Positions 53,452 to 64,000 of a stretch of 64,000 bases of DNA are shown one piece after another. Position 1 is the first letter of the stretch, and every line of letters begins with the position of its first letter. The DNA comes from Epithemia pelagica. Its lineage: Eukaryota > Protista > Bacillariophyta. The stretch lies in NCBI GenBank assembly GCA_946965045.2, contig OX337232.1:1054001-1118000 (forward strand), given 5' to 3'. The notes under the pieces are model-generated. The model had not been told where the DNA came from. It worked only from the letters and a program-made list of their open reading frames with translations, and searched no databases. A program made the translations under genes and the position numbers.

Positions 53452-55746
53452 ATGTACCGTTTGGGTCGTCGCACAAGTGTCGTCACGGTGGGTGGTTCTC
53501 GAGGCGGCGGCCTTTTGGTTCCAACGCCACCACCACCACCTCGAATCACCATGCGGCAACAACCATTGCCCAATGCTGCTGCTGCCGCTGCTGCGGCTAC
53601 TCGTTGGTGGCAGTTGCCCTTTTCCACTACCGCCACTTCGGCAGTTTCGGGCTTCCATTCCCAACGCCGCCGCAGCAGCAACACTAAAACTCAGGATGGG
53701 AAATGGCACTACCACCACGGTGCTTGGAACTGGGTTCCTACCACAACCACACCACTACTGCAATACCATTCCCCAATGATTACCACCATCCAGACAATCA
53801 CCACCACCACCACATTAGCAACTCTCACAACAACAAGACGAAGAATACCAGTGCTTCCTGTACCGACACTTCTACCATCCACTCGGACCCAACCCCACCG
53901 TCCGGTGTCCATTCTTCCACCACCAAGGCAACTCCTGGGGCACTCCTCTGGGCACCACAACACCAAGAACAACCACCACCACAAATTGTCCCATTCATTT
54001 GGTTCCATGGTCCATGGATCGTCCCATCCTTTGTATGCTAGTCGTCCCAGGACCAACCACCGTCTTGTGGTACCCGTGGTGGGTGGGAATCCACACTACT
54101 CGCGGGCGATGGGGCGTCGTCCCCTGTGGCACCCATACTCGTTTTTGCCACAACCACATGCACGACCATGTGTGCACCAATTTCATTCCTCGACAGTCCC
54201 ACAAAACAACCACCACCACAAGAATGGTGACACTTCACTATCATCATCAACAACATCAACCACAGCCAAGAAGGATTCCACGGTGTCATCATCATCATCG
54301 TCGTCGTCTGGAACCAAGGAATCGCCCACGTCTTCCTCCACCACCGAAACCCCTCTTTCTCGTCGTCGCTTAATCATGGATCGAGCCTTGCAAAACATGG
54401 CCTTGGGTCGGAATCCCCATTTGGATGACTTTTTGACCGTCTCGTCCATTATTGTCTTGTTTGGCGTCTTGGCCGTGGCGCCCTATGCCAGTCGGGAAAT
54501 GCAAAAATCCAATCGCACCATGGACGACATTGGTGTCACGGACGATCCCGTGGACGATTTTCCCCAATTGGCCCGGGTCGAATGGTTGGAATTGGGTCAT
54601 TCCAATCCAAACGTCTTGGAAGATGTCTTGAAAGATGTCGTGCGCAGCAAGGCCTTGCAAGAAGCGGCGCAACAATTTGTCGTGCAAATTTTGCAATCGC
54701 CAGCCGTACAGGCCGCCTTGCACCAGTTGGTGAAGCAAGTGTGGACCGACTTGATTCAGGATCCCGAAACGTTGACGCAAATTATTCATGTCTTGCACGT
54801 GGCCATTCAAGATCCAGCAGTAAAAACAGCGGCGCAACGATTGGTGGTGGATTTGGTGCAAGACCCGGCGGTCCAACAATCCTTGATTCGTGTCATTCAA
54901 CAATTGGGACAGGCCCGCGAAGTTCAACAAGCCACGCAGGGTCTGCTCGTCCATTCGGCCCATCGATCCTTGAACGATGCCGAATTGTTGGAACATTCCA
55001 TGGAATTTGCCACGGACGTGTTGGGCGACGATGTCGTGCAACAAACGGCCGGCGAAGCGCTGCGCAATACCGTCGGTCATGCCGTCCGACCGGCCGCAAC
55101 CGTCGTGACGACGGCCACGGGCATTACCCTCATTTTGTTTGGCTTGATTGCCCTGGCCTTTGCCCGATCGTCCGATCAAGAAGTTCGCGTCTTGGAACAA
55201 GCTGCCCTCTCCCTACAAACCAATGCCGTCTTTGGATTGATGCGACTCATCAAGTGGCCCATTACCCAAGTACAGGCCCTCCTGTCGGCCCTGGTCGATG
55301 CCATTTTGTATACCCCCCTGATTGAGTCATTGCAAAGATTGTTGGAAACCTTGTATCACTTGCCAGAACGCACGGCCCAAACGGCCGTGTATTGGTTGGT
55401 CCAGGGAGCCGCCTGGGTGGGTCGAACCGTGCAATCCATGGGATACCGCCTCGTCCAATCCCTCTGGCACCTGGTCCAACGAGCACCCTCGGCCCTGGCC
55501 ACCGTCCTCGGACATTTTGGTCGGACCGTGTGGCAGACTGTCGTGTCCCGCAGTAGTAGTAGCAGCAGCAACACCACCAATCGCGGTGCTTCCGCCACCC
55601 AATCCTCTCCAGAGGGACGAGGAGGCGACCATATCTTGCCAGTGTGGATGGTGTGGGGAGGACAGGTCCTCTGGCAGAGTCTCATTACCGTGCAACAGGC
55701 TTGTACCACTTGGTGGAATCATGCCCAATCCAATCTCCGACAATAA
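53452..55746 (+). CDS. Uncharacterised helical-repeat membrane protein with a mitochondrial-type presequence
   Basis: R/S/T-rich N-terminus lacking acidic residues; TM segments; repeated L.QDP.V units; stop TAA at 55744-55746. Confidence 0.7.
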   Translation: MYRLGRRTSVVTVGGSRGGGLLVPTPPPPPRITMRQQPLPNAAAAAAAATRWWQLPFSTTATSAVSGFHSQRRRSSNTKTQDGKWHYHHGAWNWVPTTTTPLLQYHSPMITTIQTITTTTTLATLTTTRRRIPVLPVPTLLPSTRTQPHRPVSILPPPRQLLGHSSGHHNTKNNHHHKLSHSFGSMVHGSSHPLYASRPRTNHRLVVPVVGGNPHYSRAMGRRPLWHPYSFLPQPHARPCVHQFHSSTVPQNNHHHKNGDTSLSSSTTSTTAKKDSTVSSSSSSSSGTKESPTSSSTTETPLSRRRLIMDRALQNMALGRNPHLDDFLTVSSIIVLFGVLAVAPYASREMQKSNRTMDDIGVTDDPVDDFPQLARVEWLELGHSNPNVLEDVLKDVVRSKALQEAAQQFVVQILQSPAVQAALHQLVKQVWTDLIQDPETLTQIIHVLHVAIQDPAVKTAAQRLVVDLVQDPAVQQSLIRVIQQLGQAREVQQATQGLLVHSAHRSLNDAELLEHSMEFATDVLGDDVVQQTAGEALRNTVGHAVRPAATVVTTATGITLILFGLIALAFARSSDQEVRVLEQAALSLQTNAVFGLMRLIKWPITQVQALLSALVDAILYTPLIESLQRLLETLYHLPERTAQTAVYWLVQGAAWVGRTVQSMGYRLVQSLWHLVQRAPSALATVLGHFGRTVWQTVVSRSSSSSSNTTNRGASATQSSPEGRGGDHILPVWMVWGGQVLWQSLITVQQACTTWWNHAQSNLRQ

Positions 55747-56073
55747 CACACAAAAAAACAACCAATCACAACACAACAACAACAAACCCCCAGAATTGCC
55801 GGACAACGTTCGAGCAATGGGAGCAGCGTTGTGAGTCTCTCTCTCTCTCTTGGCAGGAACAAGTGCTGCTGTTGGAGAGACGGCGACGGATACAACAAGT
55901 GCCCGAATACTCTAGTGTATTGTGCGGAGAACCAAGTGTATTGTGCGGAGAACCATCCCCAGACGTTTTGCTCTCGCGAGAGCAAAGCAAAAAGTGATTC
56001 CCTACAGAGCATGGTTGTCACCGATTCTACTATCATTCTGCAACGACGATTCTCTACATGGCCGGCAAAAAGA

Positions 56074-56106
<33 letters not shown>

Positions 56107-57192
56107 ATATAGTTGCATCCCAAAGCCATTGTCTCGCTGTCTATAGAATATATGGTGAACAAACCACACAAGGTTTGGTTGTGGGGGAGACTCTCATGGC
56201 CGTCACATGGCCACGTTTGTGTCTGGGTGGTTGTGGTGAGAGCCAACAACAACAACGACGACACCTCATACTCTATATATACGAGAAGGAGGAAGTGGAA
56301 ACAGTTCCATTCCCAACCGGTCGTGTGTACAAAGAAAATCCGGTTGCGGAGCGGGTACAGTGCGAGAGAGAAGGAAAACCAGTTGTACGGGAGACTAGCC
56401 AAACGGCTGTGTGTTTGTGTCCAATGGCGTGTCAACCTACCTAGTCCAAGAATTCATTGGAGGGGGACCATGAGAATGAATGGTACCCACAATCCGTTTC
56501 ACTAGTTTCCTATCCCCCTATAACGAGTGTTTCCAATAAAGCCCTTGGGGTAGTTTAGAAAATGTGTATCATTAACAGATGATCTCCCTTGTTGTCCTGA
56601 AACGTTTCTGCTACAAGTCGATATGGGTGGTATTGTCGTTTGCCATGGATGACATTCGGTGGTCTAGGTAGGTAGTCCGGAAACAGTGATGAACCGCAAT
56701 GATCGGACCCTGTCACGTGCCTGTCAAACTGGCAACCAATCAACCCGCCCAATACAACCTAGTTCCACGCAAACAAAAAACACACACCAACGAAGTTGGA
56801 AATAATAATGCGGTCGTCTATAAATGAAACTGTTGTCACAATGGAAGCAAACATGTATATGGTAGTAGTGTAGTAGTCGTAGCCTTCCAACGTGCCGCCG
56901 CCGCCGCAGAGAACACACAAACAGAACGTGCGTGTGGCAACGACGACAAGAGGGGTAAAATGTGCAAAAGGGGATGGCCGGTGCCTGCCACCACAACAAA
57001 CGTGTATTTTTTAGAAATTTTTCGTAGTAGGTCGAATCCAGTCCGTGTACATCCGTCCACAACAACCACAACCCAGATACTGGACAGGTCATGGTCCTTG
57101 TGGAACAAGACACACACAGGGTGGACTCGAAACATACCTTCTTCTTCTTCTTCTTGAGGACCTTGAGGAACCCCAAACACACACGAGTGTCA

Positions 57193-58632
57193 TCACAGTA
57201 TGCGTTCCACATCAAAGGCCGTTTCGGCATTGATTCCACTGTAATCTCTTGCAATGGTCTGGGCGGGAACGGTTTGTTCGTAGGCTTGTAGGGAGGCTGT
57301 GAGTGGGTATTCGACGGTTGCCGTATTGACCACTCGAAAGACATTTTCCGATCCCGGCGTCTCCACCACCATGAAAAAGGGATAATCCAACCCATTTTCC
57401 GTATACACATCCATAACTTGTTTGCTATTGTTGGGCCCCTGCAACAATTCAATCCGTGCACACAAGGGCCTTCCATCGGTCTTTAATTGAATCTGAACAC
57501 TGGCGACCGTATAATCAAAGCCTTTGGTATAGACCGAGCCTCCCTGTACCAATCGAGGCGGTATGGGTGAATACTCGAGCCGTTTGGTGGCTTCTTCCAA
57601 ACCAATGTCAATATCATCCAACTCGGCTTCGAGAATGGCATTGAGGGGAAACTCCAAACTATTCGTATTGCGGACCGAAATCACATTTTGACTCCCCGGT
57701 GTTTCAATAATGGCATTAAACGGCCGTACACAACCATCTTCAATGTACACTGCCATGATTTGGGGGGAATTGTCCGGTCCTCTCCACAATTCCACATTGG
57801 CACTGAGGGGCCGACCATCGGTTCGCATCATGACATGTACCCGGTTGATCGCCCCAGTCGTAAAGGACCACGTCTTTTGGACTGTACCTTGGACTCGAAT
57901 GGAGGGCACTGTATCCCAAATGGTTCGAGCCTTTTCCGAAAGATTCACATTGCGTTGAGGAGCTGGTCGACCACGGTTTGCTCTTACCGGAGCAGCGTTG
58001 TTGTTGTTGTTACTATTATTGATGTTGTTGTTGTTGGTTGGTCTGGATCGAGCCAATGTGTTGGATGACTTTCGATTGTTGTTGTTGTCATTATTGTTGT
58101 TGATACTAAAGGGATTCTTGAAGCCCTCCCATGGTTTGGGTGAATTCATCCCCGGAACTCCTCGGTCTGCTGTTCTTACCGTATTCCGATTGTTGTTGTT
58201 GTTGTTCCCTCGTCGATTGGCCGAGTTAAAGCTTTTGTTGTTGTTGTTGTTGCGTCTGGAACTTGCCCCTCTGGTGGAAGGCGGTCTATTGCTTTGATTG
58301 TATCTTCGATACTGCCGATCGTCCGTCATAAAGGGCGCTTCCCTTCCATCGGACGGGTCAAGAAAGTTGGGTACTTCTCGTACTGTTTTGGAACCAGGAA
58401 TGGTTCGTGTTGGACTTCCACCACCACCATTCCCCATGGGTCCTCCTCCTCCTCCTCGTGTCATTCCCCGAAAGCCATCCAAAAAGGAGTCAAAGGGTGA
58501 CTTTCCGGCCTGCAGTGATACCGTATGGGTGCTTCGAACTGGGCGCGTTTTGGGTGTGGGGACCCAAAACGCTCCCGTGGACTCCAAGGTGGCGGCCACG
58601 CAACACAACGCCACGACTTTTGGGGCCTTCAT
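57193..58632 (-). CDS. Plastid-targeted uncharacterised protein with two DGRPL..LxGPxN repeats
   Basis: Signal peptide plus TGAFW; N/R-rich low-complexity region; two ~105-aa internal repeats (DGRPLSANVELWRGPDN and DGRPLCARIELLQGPNN). Confidence 0.8.
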   Translation of the reverse strand: MKAPKVVALCCVAATLESTGAFWVPTPKTRPVRSTHTVSLQAGKSPFDSFLDGFRGMTRGGGGGPMGNGGGGSPTRTIPGSKTVREVPNFLDPSDGREAPFMTDDRQYRRYNQSNRPPSTRGASSRRNNNNNKSFNSANRRGNNNNNNRNTVRTADRGVPGMNSPKPWEGFKNPFSINNNNDNNNNRKSSNTLARSRPTNNNNINNSNNNNNAAPVRANRGRPAPQRNVNLSEKARTIWDTVPSIRVQGTVQKTWSFTTGAINRVHVMMRTDGRPLSANVELWRGPDNSPQIMAVYIEDGCVRPFNAIIETPGSQNVISVRNTNSLEFPLNAILEAELDDIDIGLEEATKRLEYSPIPPRLVQGGSVYTKGFDYTVASVQIQLKTDGRPLCARIELLQGPNNSKQVMDVYTENGLDYPFFMVVETPGSENVFRVVNTATVEYPLTASLQAYEQTVPAQTIARDYSGINAETAFDVERIL

Positions 58633-59090
58633 GGTCACACGGCCACTCTGGGTGTGCAAAACACAACGTGTGCCGCACTCTCTCTCCTAGTAGTATTCTC
58701 GTTAACGAATGAATGAATGTATTGTTGAAATCAACGAAAGTGTTGGAGACAGAGAGTTGCAACTATTGCTTCTCGTACTCTCTCCTACTTGTCGTCGTGT
58801 TTGGTTGGCTTCTGTCTGTGTGGTGATGCTGATCCAAGGGGGATGCTTGGCAATAGCCTGTCAACCACCAAACCTCCTTGCCTCTCACTACTTTGCTCGA
58901 ACGAGCAGCAGAACTCTCGAGTCTCAATCGAGGCCTGCAAACAGAAAACCAAACAAAGAGAAGACGACGAGCAGAGAAGGATGATGTTGGTCGGTAGCAG
59001 TAGTACGCCAGACACTCACCAAAACACCTTGTGGTGGCTTTTTCGCGGAGAATGCTGACACGCTCTACTTCTGATAAGTCCGCATGTGGA

Positions 59091-59334
59091 TGACGTATCG
59101 CTTACCGCCCTGACGTCTCTCACTCTTTACTTAACAAAGGACAATGACTCTTCCCAAGCTGTTTCGACTGCGACATGTCACACCCTTCATGGCAGATGGT
59201 TCGTGTCTGCGACTGCATGGGAAACGTGAGACCCCGATCAATGACGTAGATCTGTCAGGGACTCAACTGTCCTCCTATAGTCACGTGCATGTCGTCAGGG
59301 TCATTTCAGTCCCGATGAAGTCGTCCTACACGTG
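59091..59334. promoter_or_regulatory. Cluster of TGACGT and CACGTG elements in the divergent promoter of the 58632 gene and RPL21
   Basis: TGACGT at 59091, 59111 and 59242; CACGTG at 59282 and 59329. Confidence 0.4.
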
Positions 59335-59487
59335 ACTGAATGAAGGATTTACCGTTCACCGCGTTACTTGGTTGCAGGACGAGGCAATCCAAGTCCACCA
59401 ACAAGACGACAAGTCTGGAAGCTGTGGAACGATCCCTTCTTCCTGTCCCTCTTTGACAACAACTCAAACAAATAAAGCTAATTCAAG

Positions 59488-59979
59488 ATGCCGCATTCGT
59501 ATGGTATTCGGGCGCGAACGCGCCACATGTTTGCCAAGAAATTCCGCACCAAGGGTCCGATTAATTTGTCGCGGTATTTGCGCAGTGTCAAGGTGGGCGA
59601 CTATGTCGATATCTTTGCCGATCCATCCGTACACAAGGGTATGCCACACAAGGGATACCACGGACGTACCGGAATTGTCTTCAATGTGACCAAGGCGGCT
59701 GTGGGAGTCCGTGTCAACAAATTGGTCAATGGACGAATCATTGAAAAGCGCATTCATGTCCGCATTGAACACGTGCGACCCTCCAAATGCCAAGCCGAAA
59801 TTCTCCGACGTAAAAAGGAAAATGAAGCCGCCAAAGAAGAAGCACGAAAAACAGGCACCCAGGTCAGTTTGAAGCGCACTCCAAAGCTTCCAAAAGCTGG
59901 ATACTTTTTGGAGAGCCCCGGTGGCGAAGGCACCGAAATTACCACCATTCAACCACTTCCATTCAGTGATTTGGTCTAA
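59488..59979 (+). CDS. RPL21: 60S ribosomal protein eL21
   Basis: [15 protein letters not shown]...[28 protein letters not shown]...[13 protein letters not shown]. Confidence 0.97.
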   Translation: MPHSYGIRARTRHMFAKKFRTKGPINLSRYLRSVKVGDYVDIFADPSVHKGMPHKGYHGRTGIVFNVTKAAVGVRVNKLVNGRIIEKRIHVRIEHVRPSKCQAEILRRKKENEAAKEEARKTGTQVSLKRTPKLPKAGYFLESPGGEGTEITTIQPLPFSDLV

Positions 59980-60134
59980 GCACAATCAATCAAATCTCAA
60001 TAAAACATCTATTTTTTACACATTGACCTATGCTAGTCAATGGATTCTACAAAATTGTTTCGTGTGGAGGGTTCGCTCATTCGAGGTTGATTCGAGGTTT
60101 TATACTCTAGACTATGTGGTTGGATGGTGGTAAC

Positions 60135-62267
60135 TCATTCTTGTGTCTCCAGTTGTTCTTCATCCTCGGGATCCGTGCTGTCGGTGCGGATTCGTTTGCT
60201 GGGTCCTTGCGTGGTGGTAGAGGACGCCTCCAGGGGAGAAGTATGGGTGGAGTCCCGTGGTGAACTAGCCAAATCATGTCGGGACAACAAGGACGGCGAT
60301 GGGGGATCCGCTCCTTGTTGCGTTTCCAGCTGCTCGACTGGTTGAGATTCTTCTTCATCATCTTCATGTTGTTTGTGGGCCATGGATCCGGGTGGATCTG
60401 GACTGGATAGACCTCCAGAATGAGGTGGTCGTTTAGTAGCAGGGCGCGGTGTTGCAAACTCCATTGCAGTAGGTTGCGTGTCCCATTCGGGTGTCTTTTC
60501 AGGACTGGGGTCTACATCAATGGGTAATTGGACCATTTCGGGTTGTTGGGTTTCCAATCGTTCATCTGGATCATCATCTTCGTCGTCGTCGTCGTAGGGA
60601 TGATGAAAAAACACTTCTGCATCGTCTTGTTCGTGGTGGTCGTCGTTGGCATTTGGTTCGGCAGTCGCAGTTACGCCTACTGCATCTTGATTCGTTCTCG
60701 TCGTCGTTGTCGTTTTCTGCTGGGTCAAATAGTCTTGGACACTCTGCGGCAAGCATATCGTATCCTCCTTCCCGTCTGCACCTTTGGTGGTACGGACTCG
60801 TCGTGTCCCCAAATGAATCCATCCTTCCGCCACATGACAGGCCAATGGTGGAGGTGGCAGACGACCACAAATCTCTTGAATGCGAGCTTTGGAGTGGACC
60901 AATGCGGCATAGGGTGGATACAACATCAAATCCGGATCGGGACGATCCTCATTGCGGATCCGACAACACCCCGCCAGTGGATCAAAGACGACGGCGTGAC
61001 AAAACATGACCACCGCCTTCAAAAACCGGTCCTCAAAGGCTCGACGAAACTCGGCTGTCAAGGTGGCCTTGTCTTGTCGAGTATGTTGAAATAATCGTTC
61101 CAGTACAATTTGCAAGGGAGGCTTGTGGATGACCGCGGAATTGCCATCCAGTCGTCGTCTTGTCGTAGTGGTGGTTGTTTTCCGACCCCCAAAGGCATCT
61201 CGAACAATGGCATTGGCGGTTTTGATTCCAATTCCAGGCAAACTAGGACAATAATCGGAGCCGGTGGCGACAAACAAGACGGCCAACATGGCCGGTGAAA
61301 AATCGAGCAAATCCAAATCTCGTGTGGCGCCCAAATCGGCCTGTCGAACCAATCGACCTCGAAAAAATTGACCATCGTCATCGTCGTAGGGATCCTCGTC
61401 GTTGTCGTTGTCGTCGTCCTGGTCGTGAGTGTTCTTCTTCTTCTTCTTTTTGGGCATCATAATCTTGAACAAAATGGGCGAAGCTCCACACGCAATCAAA
61501 TCCGAATCTTCCGTCACGACCAAATCGACCAATCCTTGTTCGGACAAGTACGCCAATTGTCCATCGGCTTCGTAGGGTGCCACCATAAAGGGCAGTTCCA
61601 TGGATCGCAGGGCGACAATCAAGGCCTGGACGACATGACCATATTCCTTGCCGGCCCCGGCTCGATGAAAGGCTCGCAACCGTTTCGTCAAGGCAGCTTC
61701 CTCCACTCGTGTGGGTTCCACTGGTGCATCCCGTTGTTGTACCAGGGTCTGTCGTTTGTCCCGACGACGTTGAATTTCGTCCCGCTTGATGGGTGGAGGC
61801 AACCCATCCAAGACGACCAAAATTTGACAGGCATTGCCATCTCCTCCCTGTTGTTGCAAGCGTTGCAACTGACGAATGACATAGCGTGTACAAGCATGAG
61901 TATAGTCTTGTAACTGGGTTCGTGGGACGCTTCTTGTTGTTGTTTTATTCTGCTGCTGCGATGGTTGTGCATTGTTGTCAGTGGAGTTCTCTTGTGAAGT
62001 TTCTTGTGAATCCTGTTGTTGGTCTTGTTGTTGTTTGTTTTGTTCTTTCAAGAGTTGCGCTCGTCCATAATTGTCCAAATGTCGATCGTCGGCCAGCAAC
62101 CCTCCAAAGCCTTGACAGGCACGATGAATCCAGACACTGACATCGACGGCAATCCGCAAGGGTCGATAGCTCCCATTCTCCCAGAGTTGGGAATACGACC
62201 GCAAATCAATCTCCCGAGCCGCCGATCCATCTTCCAACACTTTGACCAAAAATTGGGGAACGCCCAT
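60135..62267 (-). CDS. EXO1: XPG/Rad2-family nuclease, exonuclease 1-like
   Basis: MGVPQFL, IAVDVSVWIH, VLDG, APYEADGQLAYL, TEDSDL, GSDYCPSLPGIGIKTA; acidic disordered tail. Confidence 0.85.
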   Translation of the reverse strand: MGVPQFLVKVLEDGSAAREIDLRSYSQLWENGSYRPLRIAVDVSVWIHRACQGFGGLLADDRHLDNYGRAQLLKEQNKQQQDQQQDSQETSQENSTDNNAQPSQQQNKTTTRSVPRTQLQDYTHACTRYVIRQLQRLQQQGGDGNACQILVVLDGLPPPIKRDEIQRRRDKRQTLVQQRDAPVEPTRVEEAALTKRLRAFHRAGAGKEYGHVVQALIVALRSMELPFMVAPYEADGQLAYLSEQGLVDLVVTEDSDLIACGASPILFKIMMPKKKKKKNTHDQDDDNDNDEDPYDDDDGQFFRGRLVRQADLGATRDLDLLDFSPAMLAVLFVATGSDYCPSLPGIGIKTANAIVRDAFGGRKTTTTTTRRRLDGNSAVIHKPPLQIVLERLFQHTRQDKATLTAEFRRAFEDRFLKAVVMFCHAVVFDPLAGCCRIRNEDRPDPDLMLYPPYAALVHSKARIQEICGRLPPPPLACHVAEGWIHLGTRRVRTTKGADGKEDTICLPQSVQDYLTQQKTTTTTRTNQDAVGVTATAEPNANDDHHEQDDAEVFFHHPYDDDDEDDDPDERLETQQPEMVQLPIDVDPSPEKTPEWDTQPTAMEFATPRPATKRPPHSGGLSSPDPPGSMAHKQHEDDEEESQPVEQLETQQGADPPSPSLLSRHDLASSPRDSTHTSPLEASSTTTQGPSKRIRTDSTDPEDEEQLETQE

Positions 62268-62823
62268 GTTAGCATGGATTCTTGTTTGGTTCGGTTGCTG
62301 GTTGGTTTTTGGAAAGGAAAAGGGTGTGCTTCTTGAAGCCTTCCAAAGTCAGAGACTGTGTTTCCGATTGTTCCGCGCGTTTAATTTTGGGGTTCTAGTC
62401 CAGTTGTGGTTCTTGTTGTTGTTCTGGGTTCTATTGATTCGCCGCCGTCATCCGCCATGGTCCTTTCTGTTCAAAGATCCGACCCGGAAGCGAAGGAACA
62501 ATCAGCGCGACTGAAAGTGAACTTTGGTCGCCCAAATCGATCTGTCCTGAGACATCAACGCGACGTTGGGTCGTTTTCAGTCGCGAAGCATCACGACCCA
62601 TTCTCGGACACGGGAGAATCTGGCCGACACAGAAGAGACACCAGGCATTCGCGAGCTTGCATGCGCATTTAAAAACTGACGTGGTATTCTTTTTCTGTTT
62701 AAGGGTTTTGTCACATACGCACGACCGAGGGAACACACGCACGAGGGAGAGAACAGGGTGCATATGCGGATGACATCATTTCGATTGGTTGACATCACCC
62801 AAAGACACAGGGACAGGAAGTAG

Positions 62824-62908
62824 TGACGTCATGTGCAATACCAGTAGGCCCCGTACAACCGGCTGCTTCCAACGTCATGTGCGAAGGCGTCTCTGGCCAC
62901 GTCATGTG
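62824..62908. promoter_or_regulatory. Triplicated ACGTCATGTG motif upstream of the 63278 gene
   Basis: ACGTCATGTG at 62826, 62872 and 62899; the first overlaps the palindrome TGACGTCA; additional TGACGT at 62677. Confidence 0.5.
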
Positions 62909-63277
62909 TCATCCAAGTACACAATCGGACACAGTCACTACACACCTCAATTTTGCGATCGAGAAAAACTGTTTGTACACACTGCGCCATAGCGATAGTG
63001 AGAAGCTCCATCCAAACCCACCGTCGAACTCTCACACTTTACTGGGCAAACTCGAAAACGGTGGTCTTTTGGTGACAACCTGTCTATTCGACACAATCTT
63101 GAACTGCATCAAAAAGGCACACCACCAACGACCACCAACCGTCACTCCAACTGTGAAAATCAAATCAAACCTTGCGCTTCGCTTCGTTTGCTGTTGCAGT
63201 CTCTCCTTCTCTTTGTTCACAAATTCTCCTCTCTCGGCTCCTTCGCTGCAATTCTACAACAACCCCACATCATCACA

Positions 63278-64000
63278 ATGAAGTTCTTTTTCACTCTTTT
63301 TGCCCTTGCTGCCCCCGTCGCTGCCTTCAATGTGCCCCAACCTGGATATGGCAACTCCGCCTTGGGCTCCTATGTTGGAGGAATGGGTGAAGGCATGCCT
63401 GTCACTGACCGTGTCGGACGCGGCCCTGGCCCTGTCAAGGGCCCTTCTCCTGCTTCCTTGGCCAAGGGAGGCAACAACTTGTCAGAGAAGGCCAAGAGTT
63501 TGTTGCAATCCGAAGAACTCATCAAGGTCCAAGGTAACTCACTCAAGACGTGGTCCTTCCAAACACCCGCCATTGACCGTGTGCAAGTCCTCATGAAGAC
63601 AGAAGGCCGTCCCCTCAACGCCAATGTCGAACTCTGGCAAGGTCCGGACAACACTCCCCAGAAGATGACTGTCTACTTGGAAGACGGAAACGACCGCCCC
63701 TTTAGCGCCATTGTCGAGACGCCTGGTGGTCAAAACGCCATTGCCATTCGCAACACGGCCACCATGGAATACCCCTTGGAAGCTGCCGTCGAAGCCGAAG
63801 TGGGACGTGGACGTGGAATCAACGCTGGTATGCAAGAAGCCATTTTCAGTTTGACCGAAACCGCCATTCCAAGAACCATTCAAGGAGGAGCCGTGTACAC
63901 CAAGCCCTTTGCCCCCAGTGTCTCAAGTGTCCAATGTCTGCTCAAGACCGATGGACGTCCCTTGAATGCCCGTATCGAATTGTTGCAAGGTCCCAACAAC
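63278..64000 (+). CDS. Second member of the plastid-targeted DGRPL/GPNN repeat family (3' end outside the window; missing from the ORF track)
   Basis: MKFFFTLFALAAPVAAFNVP...VQGNSLKTWSF..EGRPLNANVELWQGPDN...DGRPLNARIELLQGPNN, open to base 64000. Confidence 0.85.
   Translation, partial: MKFFFTLFALAAPVAAFNVPQPGYGNSALGSYVGGMGEGMPVTDRVGRGPGPVKGPSPASLAKGGNNLSEKAKSLLQSEELIKVQGNSLKTWSFQTPAIDRVQVLMKTEGRPLNANVELWQGPDNTPQKMTVYLEDGNDRPFSAIVETPGGQNAIAIRNTATMEYPLEAAVEAEVGRGRGINAGMQEAIFSLTETAIPRTIQGGAVYTKPFAPSVSSVQCLLKTDGRPLNARIELLQGPNN

Larger units (their letters stand above)
46801..54268 (+). repeat. Tandem segmental duplication: unit 1 46801-49966, unit 2 49967-54268 (unit 2 carries an 1123-bp insertion)
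   Basis: Kinase gene, intergenic region and the first ~0.8 kb of the downstream host gene all occur twice; the boundaries share GCCA (46801, 49967, 54265). Confidence 0.9.

Noticed and set aside
55914-55955. Two tandem copies of a 21-bp sequence
   Set aside because: Simple local duplication in a 3' flank, with no spacer or associated genes
55719-57180. ORFs between the 53452 and 57193 genes
   Set aside because: Low-complexity (GCT)n and (TTC)n-derived frames in converging 3' regions, without motifs
60078-60100. Two ATTCGAGG motifs resembling the subterminal repeats of the TIR element
   Set aside because: Too short, with no TIR or TSD nearby

Overview
Eukaryotic nuclear DNA, most likely from a pennate diatom (GT-AG introns of about 85-160 nt, bipartite signal-peptide plus ASAF-type plastid presequences, (AAC)n-derived poly-N/Q/T tracts). 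About 24 genes or relics can be supported. Ordinary genes: GALE (3' end), a sulfotransferase, GT61, NCKX, a thylakoid-lumen protein, a WRN-type exonuclease, a GRDP, DUF2306, RPL21, EXO1 and two members of a plastid-targeted repeat family. Two unusual things stand out. (1) A compact metabolic block at 36.1-45.6 kb that the ORF track hides because of introns: an amino-acid dehydrogenase::sarcosine-oxidase-like fusion (839 aa), a divergent SABATH methyltransferase, and a 6-exon ThDP 2-oxoacid decarboxylase::ALDH21-like fusion (1150 aa). (2) Six Crinkler/RHS-type (CR) effector-like genes in a strongly rearranged background: a 3.3-kb inverted duplication, a 3.2-kb microhomology-joined tandem duplication that creates an in-frame host-presequence::REase-kinase chimera, a 1120-bp TIR element with a 3-bp TSD and a visible empty site, and several gene relics. 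No rRNA, tRNA or CRISPR array was seen. All assignments come from reading motifs by eye; no database searches were run.
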